The notes beneath the pieces are model-generated. The model did no database searches. It was not told the DNA's origin and saw only the letters and a list, made by a program, of their open reading frames with translations. Positions 49,901 to 59,644 of a stretch of DNA of 64,000 nt are shown here, in pieces; position 1 is the stretch's first letter, and the number at the start of each line of letters is the position of its first letter. The DNA lies in assembly GCA_018263005.1 (NCBI GenBank), contig JADFDH010000006.1:6384-70383 (forward strand), written 5' to 3'. The stretch comes from Methanobacterium sp. GTDB taxonomy: Archaea; Methanobacteriota; Methanobacteria; Methanobacteriales; Methanobacteriaceae. The translations under genes were made by a program, and so were the position numbers.

Positions 49901-51388
49901 ATGTTCAATAAAATTTTAATAGCCAACCGTGGTGAAATAGCCATAAGAGTGATGAGGGCTTGCAGAGAACTAGGAGTGAAAAGCGTAGCCATATACTCAG
50001 ACGCTGATAAAAACTCACTCTTCGCCAAATATGCTGATGAAGCACTGCACATCGGAGAATCAGCCCCCAGCCAAAGTTATTTGAATATCGATAAGATAAT
50101 GGACATGGTTGGAAAGTCAGGAGCAGAAGCCATACATCCCGGATACGGATTTCTAGCAGAAAATCCAAATCTAGGTAAAGAATGCGAAAAACAAGGCATC
50201 AAACTAATAGGCCCCCCATACTCTGTGATAGAGGCCATGGGAGATAAGATCACCGCCCGGAAACTGATGAAAAAAGCCGGAGTACCCGTGGTCCCCGGGA
50301 CAGAACAGGGATTAAAGGACATAAGCGAAGCCACCCAGATAGCAGAAAATATAGGATACCCGGTGATGGTTAAAGCATCCGCCGGTGGAGGTGGCATAGG
50401 CATGAGAATAGTCTATGAAGAAGATGAACTATTAAGAGCCATAGAATCCACCAAATCAGTAGCTGAATCTGCATTCGGAGACTCCACAGTATATATAGAA
50501 AAATATGTGGAAGAACCCCGACACATAGAATTCCAGATACTGGCCGATGAAAAGGGAAACACCATCCACGCCGCAGAAAGAGAATGCTCCATACAAAGAA
50601 GAAACCAGAAACTAATCGAAGAAGCACCATCACCCATCATGACCCCCGAACTCCGGGAAAAAATAGGAAAAATAGCAGTCAGAGCAGCATCATCTATAGG
50701 ATATACAAATGCAGGTACGGTTGAATTCTTATATTCCAAGGGAGAATTTTATTTCCTGGAAATGAATACCCGTGTACAGGTTGAACATCCCATAACCGAA
50801 GCAATAACCGGAATCGATTTGGTGAAAGAACAGCTGAAAATCTCATCCGGTGAAGAGTTATGCTGCACCCAAAATGAAATAAGAGTAAACGGACACTCCA
50901 TCGAATGCAGGATAAACGCAGAAGACCCCTTAAACGATTTCGCTCCCAACCCAGGTAAGATCACAGGATACCGATCCCCCGGTGGACTGGGTGTAAGGGT
51001 GGACAGTGGCGTGTACATGAACTACACCATACCCTCCAATTATGACTCCATGATATCCAAGCTCATAGTCTGGGGAAGGAACCGTAACGAAGCAATCAAC
51101 CGCATGCGCAGAGCCCTATCAGAGTACATAATATTAGGAGTTAAAACCACCATACCCTTCCATAAAGCCATGATGAACAGCCCCCATTTCCACAAGGGAA
51201 TACTACACACCCATTTCGTTGATGAATATAGAATTGAGATCACCGACGATATGAGGAAAGTGGTTGAAAAAGACCGGGAAATGGAAGAACGGCTTAAATC
51301 AACTTTCTTACCCACGAAAAAAGTAGCAGCAGTATCCGCTGCGGTATCCAGTTATATAGCCCATGCATCCCATAAAAAATCAAAATAA
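49901..51388 (+). CDS. pycA: biotin carboxylase subunit (pyruvate carboxylase subunit A type)
   Basis: FNKILIANRGEIAIRVMRACRELG N-terminus, an ATP-grasp domain and MNTRVQVEHPITE. Confidence 0.9.
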   Translation: MFNKILIANRGEIAIRVMRACRELGVKSVAIYSDADKNSLFAKYADEALHIGESAPSQSYLNIDKIMDMVGKSGAEAIHPGYGFLAENPNLGKECEKQGIKLIGPPYSVIEAMGDKITARKLMKKAGVPVVPGTEQGLKDISEATQIAENIGYPVMVKASAGGGGIGMRIVYEEDELLRAIESTKSVAESAFGDSTVYIEKYVEEPRHIEFQILADEKGNTIHAAERECSIQRRNQKLIEEAPSPIMTPELREKIGKIAVRAASSIGYTNAGTVEFLYSKGEFYFLEMNTRVQVEHPITEAITGIDLVKEQLKISSGEELCCTQNEIRVNGHSIECRINAEDPLNDFAPNPGKITGYRSPGGLGVRVDSGVYMNYTIPSNYDSMISKLIVWGRNRNEAINRMRRALSEYIILGVKTTIPFHKAMMNSPHFHKGILHTHFVDEYRIEITDDMRKVVEKDREMEERLKSTFLPTKKVAAVSAAVSSYIAHASHKKSK

Positions 51389-51422
51389 AGCAATATAAAA
51401 ATAAGAATAATAGGTGATTATT

Positions 51423-52397
51423 ATGCTCCAGAACAAGATATTAAAATTGCTTTATGATAAAAAAGGTGAATTCATCACCAACCAAGAAATAGAAGACCAA
51501 ACCGGCGTTTTAAAAGAAAAGATAGATGATTATATTCAGATCTTCAAGGAAGAAGGTTACCGGATCGACAAATCAGAAACCGGGTATCGCCTCAGCGGAA
51601 CACCCAACATACTGCTTCCCTATGAAATAAAGAAGAACCTGAAAACGAAGTACATGGGAGGGAACATCCACTTCTATAAGGAGGTGGACTCCACTAATGA
51701 TGTAGCACGAAAACTCGCTGATGAAGGAGCTGCAGAGGGAACCATAGTCATAGCGGAAAGTCAGCGCAGTGGTAAAGGTAGAAGGGGTAAAAAGTGGATC
51801 TCACCATCCGGAGGTGTTTGGATGACCATAATCCTCCGTCCAGATGTGGAACCTAACAAAGCACCCCAACTAACACTGGTCGCTGGAGTTGCCGTTGCCG
51901 AAACCCTGGATGCGGAATGCGGCTTGGATATTGGGATAAAATGGCCCAATGACATATTAATCGGTGATAAAAAAGTCTCCGGAATACTCACCGAAGTGAA
52001 AACAGACCTGGGCCAAGTAGATTATGCTCTGGTAGGTATAGGGATAGACTTAAATATGGATATAAACCTATTCCCCCCTGAAATACGTGGAGGCGCAACA
52101 TCACTGAAGGCAGAGTTGGATAGGGAGATAAAAGGGGCTGAACTGGTTCAGAGATTCCTTCAAAGATTCGAATATTATTATGGAGAATTCAAAGAGGGCA
52201 ACTTCCGAGAAATACTTAACCAATGGCGCAGACTATCCAGTACCATAGGAACCTATGTAGAAGTGCATAAGAAAGGAAGAACCGTATATGGGGAAGCTGT
52301 AGGCGTGAACAAAGACGGTAAACTCATATTAGAAATGGATGACGGTTCCCTGCGCAAGATAATATCAGGGGAATGCATCCATACCAAGAAGGAATGA
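51423..52397 (+). CDS. birA: biotin-[acetyl-CoA-carboxylase] ligase with N-terminal HTH (BirA-like)
   Basis: GRRGKKWISPSGGVWMT motif and KWPNDILIGDKKVSGIL. ATG 51423 lies 6 nt after AGGTGA. Confidence 0.88.
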   Translation: MLQNKILKLLYDKKGEFITNQEIEDQTGVLKEKIDDYIQIFKEEGYRIDKSETGYRLSGTPNILLPYEIKKNLKTKYMGGNIHFYKEVDSTNDVARKLADEGAAEGTIVIAESQRSGKGRRGKKWISPSGGVWMTIILRPDVEPNKAPQLTLVAGVAVAETLDAECGLDIGIKWPNDILIGDKKVSGILTEVKTDLGQVDYALVGIGIDLNMDINLFPPEIRGGATSLKAELDREIKGAELVQRFLQRFEYYYGEFKEGNFREILNQWRRLSSTIGTYVEVHKKGRTVYGEAVGVNKDGKLILEMDDGSLRKIISGECIHTKKE

Positions 52398-52614
52398 AAA
52401 GATATAATTTAATTATTTAATCCCTAATCATGTGCTTAATGATTAAAAAATCGAAAGCAAAATTATAATTTGGAACTTAGAATTTGAATTCCTTCATTTA
52501 GTAAAATATTTATATAAATAGGAATTAATTTTATAATACAGGTAAAACCTGGGAGTCAGTGTACCTTGAGATGCACGTTAATAGTACTTCCAGGTTCTGA
52601 TTCTGATTTTATTA

Positions 52615-53229
52615 TTATTTATTCCATATTTTTGATATAAAACAATTAATATCAATGATATTAGTGTAGAGACTATTTTTATGTTCATATTTCTGGAAAA
52701 AAGACCATGCAATCATATCTGCAAACTGCAACCCAGACCAAGCATGAGAATAACTATGGTAAATTTTTATATTCTTTATAATTGAATTATTTGAAATTTT
52801 AGCCCGAAAATAATGATCAAAATCATCCCGAAGCATTTGTTTTCCCTTTGATTTATCAATTCTAACTTCTAAATGGCCATTTATTTTTATTTGATGAGTA
52901 AGATATCCGGCTACATAATTATAAAGCATATTTTTATCATTAATAAGGAATTCACTATGAAGATTAGTTTTATTTAAAACTGCGGCCAGGATTTTGGAAT
53001 TATCAATTTTATTTAGCTCTTTTAACATGTGTATTCTAACTTCAAATGATGATTTATTTCCCTTAATTTCATTTACCTTAGAGAGCTCTTTTTTAAATTT
53101 ATTCCTCCTCATATTCTTTATTACCCTATCTAATGGTCTGAAATCTTTGATTAAAAGTGCAACAATTATTAAATAATTCGATCCGTTTAATCCGAGATCT
53201 CCACTCTCATCAATGTACATATAGTTCAA
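52615..53229 (-). CDS. DUF3800-family protein
   Basis: N-terminal YIDESGDLG signature. The gene is markedly more AT-rich than its flanks by eye. Confidence 0.6.
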   Translation of the reverse strand: MNYMYIDESGDLGLNGSNYLIIVALLIKDFRPLDRVIKNMRRNKFKKELSKVNEIKGNKSSFEVRIHMLKELNKIDNSKILAAVLNKTNLHSEFLINDKNMLYNYVAGYLTHQIKINGHLEVRIDKSKGKQMLRDDFDHYFRAKISNNSIIKNIKIYHSYSHAWSGLQFADMIAWSFFQKYEHKNSLYTNIIDINCFISKIWNK

Positions 53230-53413
53230 TTAAAACCCCATTATTATGAAGTAAATTCTAAGTAATAAAAATTAGGTAATATATATGATTTAATTATTCA
53301 AGTTCATAAAATAATTAATCATTGGTAATTCTTATTAGATGTTAAAATCTACTATTTATATTACAATTTTTTAACCAAGCCTTTCCAATATTCTACTATA
53401 ATAAGTGATATAC

Positions 53414-54742
53414 ATGCTTAAAAAGAGATACATACTGTTATTATCAGTGATAATGGTAAGTATGATTTTCATTTCTTTCTCAACAGGTAATTATCCTATT
53501 AAACCCAGTAAACATATAAACAGCAGCCTCATACAATCTGAAGACAGGGTTTTAGTCATCGCCGTCCATCCGGATGATGAATCCATCGCCTGTGCTGGTG
53601 TAATCCGACACTGTGTGGAAAACAACATCCCGGTAGAAGTGGTGGTCTTAACCGACGGCTATCTGGGCGCACCGGCCAACATCAGACATGATGAAACAGT
53701 CAACGCCATGAATATTCTAGGCCTGGAAGCAGAGCATATCTATTTTTTAGGTTATCCCGATGGTACCTTACCTCTTTTACTCTCTAAAAATTGGGAGTCC
53801 ACCAATCCCTACCGAATAAACAACACCACCAGCAATGCCAATTATAACTATTCCTACCAGGAAAACGCCACCTACAGTGGGAACAGCTTGTATCATAATT
53901 TAGCCGATATCCTGGACCATTTCCAACCAACCATCATATTCTACCCTGATTCGGAAGATGAACAAATCGACCACTGGGCGGGTAACGCCTTCACCGAATA
54001 TGTTATGGCCCGGACAGGATATAACGGCACTGGATATACCTACATAGTCCATGACCCGCCACACTGGCCATCTCCCCGCACCTACACACCGGAAGCTTAC
54101 CTATTACCACCTCCGGAGTTAACCTATATAGACTATAAATTCGTATTGTTTCCCCTGGACCAGTACCAGGAACGGCTGAAAGAAGCAGCCATAGGAAGCT
54201 ATCCTTCACAGATAAACACAGACTCCTATATCCGCTCTTTCATCAGGAAAAATGAGATATTCGCCATCGACCCCCTGATAAAAGCCAGCCCCACCAACCA
54301 ATCACTGAACTTCTCCATCCCGCCACAAACAGTTATAAAAGAACCTAAGAAGTTCGAAAAAGGAAAAGGATCCATAAAGACCAGGGAGATAACCGCAGTA
54401 GGATTCCAGATGGATGGGGAAAACGCCTGGATCAGCATAAAAACCAAGAAAAACATATCATCCGATGCCTGGTATGAAGTACATATCCTCTATCTGGACA
54501 GTGAAAACTTAGAAAGAATAGATATCAAGATCCATAACGGAACAGCCTACTATGAAAAATACAACCAAAACAGCTTCCAGGACGGTGATCCTGAAGTTAG
54601 GATATTAGGAAATGATCTAATAATGAAACTACCCCCATCCGCTTTTGATGCGGGTAACCTGTTCCTCTTGAGCGCAGATATAATCAGTGGCAACACCCTC
54701 ATCGACTGGACAGGATGGAGGACAATTGAGATCATCCGCTGA
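53414..54742 (+). CDS. membrane-anchored PIG-L/LmbE-family N-acetylglucosaminyl deacetylase with an uncharacterised C-terminal domain
   Basis: N-terminal TM helix and the PIG-L motif VLVIAVHPDDESIACAG with downstream HxxH-type residues. The C-terminal ~170 aa have no recognisable motif. Confidence 0.7.
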   Translation: MLKKRYILLLSVIMVSMIFISFSTGNYPIKPSKHINSSLIQSEDRVLVIAVHPDDESIACAGVIRHCVENNIPVEVVVLTDGYLGAPANIRHDETVNAMNILGLEAEHIYFLGYPDGTLPLLLSKNWESTNPYRINNTTSNANYNYSYQENATYSGNSLYHNLADILDHFQPTIIFYPDSEDEQIDHWAGNAFTEYVMARTGYNGTGYTYIVHDPPHWPSPRTYTPEAYLLPPPELTYIDYKFVLFPLDQYQERLKEAAIGSYPSQINTDSYIRSFIRKNEIFAIDPLIKASPTNQSLNFSIPPQTVIKEPKKFEKGKGSIKTREITAVGFQMDGENAWISIKTKKNISSDAWYEVHILYLDSENLERIDIKIHNGTAYYEKYNQNSFQDGDPEVRILGNDLIMKLPPSAFDAGNLFLLSADIISGNTLIDWTGWRTIEIIR

Positions 54743-54806
54743 AAAAATCTGTATTTATTTAGTAATCTGGCTCTGTTTGTATCGTTAAAATATATTAGGC
54801 AACGGT

Positions 54807-55823
54807 TTAATCAACTTCAATAACTGCCGGCCATCCCAGTTCGCCTTCCACTTGGAATTTTTTTTCGGTGATTATCTCAGCCACGTGGATGTTGGTGCAG
54901 GTATGTGGGGTTAGTTCTGCTGTTTTAACCTCTGAATTCCCTGCTAATGCCATATGTGGTATTATCTGATCTCCCATGTAACGATCCAATGCTTCATTTC
55001 GGGAGAGGTGGTATAATAATTCCCGGGTAGCTTCATCTCCCACAAGTTCTGCTCTTTTACCTGGTTTGCCCAGTGAACTGCCCCCTATCCTGTTTTCTCC
55101 ATCGGTCCATAAAACTATCCCCGAACCGGGGCCCTGGGCCCTGTTTGAATGTTGTATTATAATCTTCGCCGGATAACCGTGTTCTTCCAGCTTCTTTTCC
55201 GCGTTTGATGCCTGTCTCTCTGCAACGTGTCTGGGAAGTTTCACCGCATGGGATATGCCTCTAATATTATCAAATCTTAAATCCACTAGTTTGAAAGGTT
55301 TTATCTTGTTAATCGGATGGATATTAACCTTTACGATACCCCCTCCCCGGGGATAGTGTCCTCTTTGAATTAGCTGGGCTCGAGCTTTATAGCCCAGTGA
55401 TTTAAGTAAAGGTAGAGTAACATTTAAGAAGTAATCAATAGGTGGTGACCAGGGGACATCGGTACCTCCTTTCAGGGTTAGATTAACCGGGGTTTTGGCA
55501 AATGCTGCGGGAATCATCAAACACTGCAGTGCCAAAGTGATGCTTCCTGCTGTGCCGATATCCACCTCATAATCTCCCCCTTCCAGTTCATGGGGTTCGA
55601 AGCTGATTTCAGTGGATCCTAATCTCAATCCATCAAAGTGGGCATTACATAGTTGGGCAACGGATTTCAGGGCGGTTAAGTGCTGGGGCATCAGACCGGG
55701 TTTTGGTCTTCCTGCGCGGATATTTGTTATCCTAATGGATTTTCCGGTTATGGTTGATAGAGCTGCTGATATTCTAAGAAGCGCCCCTCCTCCTTCTCCA
55801 TGGGATCCGTCAATTACCAACAT
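54807..55823 (-). CDS. rtcA: RNA 3'-terminal phosphate cyclase
   Basis: VIDGSHGEGGGALLRISAALS N-terminus. Length and pattern are typical of RtcA. Confidence 0.88.
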   Translation of the reverse strand: MLVIDGSHGEGGGALLRISAALSTITGKSIRITNIRAGRPKPGLMPQHLTALKSVAQLCNAHFDGLRLGSTEISFEPHELEGGDYEVDIGTAGSITLALQCLMIPAAFAKTPVNLTLKGGTDVPWSPPIDYFLNVTLPLLKSLGYKARAQLIQRGHYPRGGGIVKVNIHPINKIKPFKLVDLRFDNIRGISHAVKLPRHVAERQASNAEKKLEEHGYPAKIIIQHSNRAQGPGSGIVLWTDGENRIGGSSLGKPGKRAELVGDEATRELLYHLSRNEALDRYMGDQIIPHMALAGNSEVKTAELTPHTCTNIHVAEIITEKKFQVEGELGWPAVIEVD

Positions 55824-55935
55824 AATTTGACCTTATCCTGGTTTATTAAATTATTGAATTTAAAAAAAAATCATGACCACCATTAATTTGTATAAACAAT
55901 TAAATGATAAATTTACCCAGTTAATTTAGTGAATA

Positions 55936-57093
55936 TCAGTTGAAAAGGATATCTCGACAGGCCTGCCTATCATTTATTACTTTATTTAGTCTTCTAATTG
56001 CATCCTGGAAGGCATTGGTTATATATTTAGCATCGATTCTTTCTGCATCCTTGGAGGCCATATCTAATCGGATGGTTGATGAGGCACCAGGCATACCCAC
56101 TGCAGGTATGGTGATGATATCATGGTCTTTGAGGAGTATCATGGCCATGATCTGGGCGGCTTCCTTCTGATTAATAACTTTTTCATCCAGATAGTCTATT
56201 TCAGCCAATAGATCATCTTCTTTAAGCATAACCCCCGTTGGGGTTTTATTTATACCAGGAAATCCTTTTTTTAATTTTTGATAAATTTCCTCCCTCTTAT
56301 CCTGAGATCGGAGTATTCTATCCGGACTGAATTGTTCCAGAGCCCTTACTATACCGGCTGTTAAGGGTGGCTGTGCTTCTAATCCGTACTGATGTGCCTT
56401 TGATTTTATAAGATCAATATATTCTCTTCTTCCGGACATCAGGCCTCCCCGGGGTCCGTCCATTAGTTTGTCCGTGCTGGTTATTACTATATCCACCCCC
56501 ATATCCATTGCCCGGGGCTGTTTGTATAGTATGGTTCTGAGTCTGGCTCCTGAGGCATCATCTACTAGTATGGGGATGTTCTGGGACTTTGATGTTTCCA
56601 CCACCTTTAGGAAATCTTCCTTTTTTATAATCTGATGGTCCATGGTTGAGCCGGTTATGATGGTCAATGCGGTATTATCATCTATTTTAAAATCTGTTAT
56701 CTGGTCATATTCTGCGTAACTGGCACCAAGGAGTTTTATACTCCGGGGTATGATGGGATGGGAGGGTAAATCGGGTAGATAATGGGCAACTTCATCAGTG
56801 GATTTTACCAGTGCCAGGATTGTTGCCAGGATACCGGAGCTGGTCCTGTTAAGAGCCAGAACCTTCTCTCCACCCAGGTGTTCCATTCCTAATGGTTGTA
56901 GTTTTTCTTCAAAAATAGCTGGTCCGGCATAGGTTTCCAGGAGATCTATGTCCTCTTTTTTCAGGGGAAACCCTCCTGAGAGGCCGGTGAGATCGTAGAG
57001 ATGCGTCCTATCCTTGTTCTCTATCTTGGAATTTATGATCTTAAGTGCTGCTTCCCTTCTTTTTGATTCGTCTAGAGGGGAATTTAAAAACAT
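55936..57093 (-). CDS. SelA-like PLP-dependent enzyme of unknown function (archaeal UPF0425 type)
   Basis: Fold-type I pattern with a probable PLP lysine in ITSTDKLMDGPRGG, which resembles the SelA GDKLLGGPQAG region. Confidence 0.6.
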   Translation of the reverse strand: MFLNSPLDESKRREAALKIINSKIENKDRTHLYDLTGLSGGFPLKKEDIDLLETYAGPAIFEEKLQPLGMEHLGGEKVLALNRTSSGILATILALVKSTDEVAHYLPDLPSHPIIPRSIKLLGASYAEYDQITDFKIDDNTALTIITGSTMDHQIIKKEDFLKVVETSKSQNIPILVDDASGARLRTILYKQPRAMDMGVDIVITSTDKLMDGPRGGLMSGRREYIDLIKSKAHQYGLEAQPPLTAGIVRALEQFSPDRILRSQDKREEIYQKLKKGFPGINKTPTGVMLKEDDLLAEIDYLDEKVINQKEAAQIMAMILLKDHDIITIPAVGMPGASSTIRLDMASKDAERIDAKYITNAFQDAIRRLNKVINDRQACRDILFN

Positions 57094-57149
57094 TTTATTA
57101 AACCTACTTTTAAAATTAATTAAAAAAAAAATATAGAATGGATTATTTT

Positions 57150-57650
57150 CTATGCTTCTTCAGCTTTATGGTTTTCGGGCTTTAGTACAATGGCACTATC
57201 TGCTGAGTTTTGCAAAGCTGCGCTGAATCCTGGTTCAGCCCCTATGACTATGGTTTCCTTCCCATTTTCTTTGGCTTTGTTTACTATAGGCAGGAAATCA
57301 GCGTCACGAGTCATTAGGGCTATAACATCAATATTAGGGTTGTATATTAGTTCCATTGCTTCAACTGCCATGTAAACATCGGTATCACCGGCCACCACTA
57401 TGGGTGTGAATCCCTGATTTACTATGGCCTCTATGAGTTTATCTGAAGCGTATTGGTTCAAAAGGACTTTACCCACCCTCATATTACCATATTCAGATAT
57501 AATCTCTCTAACCAGATCAAGATTAAGGCTGAACTCTTTTCTTAACATGTTAGGCCCGTCAACTAATAGGCCTATGTTCTTTCCTCCAGATTCACCCCTC
57601 CTAAGAGGTATATAATCCTTCAAAGAACTTAATCTTTCAAAACTACGCAT
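57150..57650 (-). CDS. NYN/LabA-like domain protein (putative ribonuclease fold)
   Basis: [13 protein letters not shown] and VVAGDTDV...ALMTRDADF acidic motifs fit the NYN/PIN-like fold. Confidence 0.65.
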   Translation of the reverse strand: MRSFERLSSLKDYIPLRRGESGGKNIGLLVDGPNMLRKEFSLNLDLVREIISEYGNMRVGKVLLNQYASDKLIEAIVNQGFTPIVVAGDTDVYMAVEAMELIYNPNIDVIALMTRDADFLPIVNKAKENGKETIVIGAEPGFSAALQNSADSAIVLKPENHKAEEA

Positions 57651-58014
57651 TTAAATCCTCCATTATCATCGTTACAATGGTTGTAAACAAAAAAAAGGCT
57701 TATATCATCACTTAAATAATGAACATTGTATCTGGGTTAAAATCCTGCCCTGATTAATATTTTATTAAGATTATCAATGGATTGTACAATTATAAACGGA
57801 TAAAGGGTTGGATTTTTCAAACAGTGGTGATGGCCTGATCTTTAGTTTAAATTATGATATTATGTATTATTTTATGGGCCGACAAACTATATAATCTTTA
57901 CAAAAACCATGTTTTGTAAAAAAATACATTAATTTATGGTCTTTATTAAAAAATTAAAATTATATGAAGTGGCTTTAAAGATTTTAAACCATTATAATCG
58001 TAATTAAAAGATTT

Positions 58015-58353
58015 CTATTCAATCTCCAGTGAAAAAGAATCCTTAAACAGCTCTTTAACCACGTTAAAATCTTCTGTTTCTAAACCAGCGATGGTGAGAT
58101 CATCAGCATCCCGGATATAATATTCAGAATCTACTATTTCACCAGAATCATTCATATATAGGAAAAGACCATCTGAAAACTTTCCTGGTTTCCCTGCTGG
58201 GAAGAAGACTTCAAATCTTATGAGAACCTCAGACCCGATAATGCTGTTTTCCAGTTCAATTCTTTTTTCTTCATTATTAAGAGCTTCTTTAAACTGTTCC
58301 ATCCTTGACTGGAGTTCTTCTTTTATTAATTTTGACTTATCAGTTTTGGTCAT
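58015..58353 (-). CDS. hypothetical small acidic protein
   Basis: 112-aa ORF with no recognisable motif. Codon usage looks consistent with its neighbours by eye. Confidence 0.4.
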   Translation of the reverse strand: MTKTDKSKLIKEELQSRMEQFKEALNNEEKRIELENSIIGSEVLIRFEVFFPAGKPGKFSDGLFLYMNDSGEIVDSEYYIRDADDLTIAGLETEDFNVVKELFKDSFSLEIE

Positions 58354-58554
58354 TTATTACACCGTCAAATAATTTTCAGCTTACTGTCATTATATTCATC
58401 TATAATAAATTAAGTAGCTTTTAAAGATTACCCCCCTAATAACTGGGGGCGTTGATCTTTTTATGGTTATAAACTTCAGTGACTTAAATAGTTTTGTTCA
58501 TTCCATATAAAAGAAACTAACCATGATATGTATAATCAGCCTTTAAAAATTTTA

Positions 58555-59397
58555 TCACTCGGTGAACCAGTACCTGAAATGACAGACTGAAGGATTCACC
58601 CCTACTTTGATCTCCTGTTCCATCCAACCAGCTATGTTAGTCCATTTGAAGGTCAGATCAGCCATGGCATGGCACATTAAACAGAATATCTTGTTTTCCA
58701 TGGTACGGTTCTCCCATATGCAATGGGATATTCTAAACTCATCATCACCGATTTCTGATTTATAACCCAGATTCTTAAAGAATAGGGATATCCAAGCCAG
58801 ATAATTGTCGAAAAGCTCTTCCGGATCTTCCTCGTTTAGATCTACCTCTTCTTCCATGTAGGGTTTCACATTATCCTCAAACATCCGGGCGAATGCATTT
58901 AAAAAAGCAGCTGTATCCTCAATATGGACACTGGAAGTTAAGGCAGGGGTTGAGCTTAAAATGAAATTGTTAATCACCTTTAAACGTTCCTTCTGATCCT
59001 TTAAATCCTTAATATCAAACTGTTGACTGCTTTTATTGAGAGCGATTTCTATGTTGAATTTAAGCTCCTGATCATTGAACGGCTTAAACACATACCCATA
59101 AGGTTTGGTTTGTTTAGCCCTTTCAAAGGTACTGTCATCTGCATGGGCCGTGATATAGAGAACCGGGGCGTCAGTGAATTCAGAAATCTTATCCACCGCA
59201 TCAATACCATCCATATCTCCCTTAATTACGATATCTGCTAATATAAGATCCACAGGGATGTTTTCCACCATATCGATAGCTTCTTTACCATAACTGGCAA
59301 CAGCTGGAACCTCATATCCCCATAATTCCAATTTAGTTTTAAGTTCCAGTGCAGTGATAGCATCATCTTCAATGATCAGCACCTTAGGATTTGACAT
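58555..59397 (-). CDS. response regulator: CheY-like receiver plus Cys/His/Trp-rich C-terminal output domain of unknown function
   Basis: Receiver residues EDD (aa 10-12), LILADI (phospho-Asp), YITAH and FKP. The C-terminal part carries HCIWE...FCLMCH...VCHFRYW. Confidence 0.8.
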   Translation of the reverse strand: MSNPKVLIIEDDAITALELKTKLELWGYEVPAVASYGKEAIDMVENIPVDLILADIVIKGDMDGIDAVDKISEFTDAPVLYITAHADDSTFERAKQTKPYGYVFKPFNDQELKFNIEIALNKSSQQFDIKDLKDQKERLKVINNFILSSTPALTSSVHIEDTAAFLNAFARMFEDNVKPYMEEEVDLNEEDPEELFDNYLAWISLFFKNLGYKSEIGDDEFRISHCIWENRTMENKIFCLMCHAMADLTFKWTNIAGWMEQEIKVGVNPSVCHFRYWFTE

Positions 59398-59644
59398 AAC
59401 ACACCCTTAACTAGTAAAATTAAATTTTTTACAATAATAGTTTGGATGGAGACCCTTATATTAATTACTATCAAAGCATTTTCAGGGATATTTAAATAAT
59501 ATCAAAGCCCTTAAAACTGGAACTAAAATAAAAAAAAAATATAAAACTATTGAACAGAAGAAAAAAATACAAACAATCATTAAACTGAATCTGAATAAAA
59601 AAAAAATCATAACCCATTAAAAATAAGAAGACCAGATTCCAGTC

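Noticed and set aside
55936-57093. Reading the SelA-like gene as evidence for a selenocysteine system.
   Set aside because: No in-frame UGA, SECIS-like element, selB, selD or tRNA-Sec was seen in the window. Archaeal Sec synthesis uses PSTK/SepSecS rather than SelA, so the family is treated as function-unknown.
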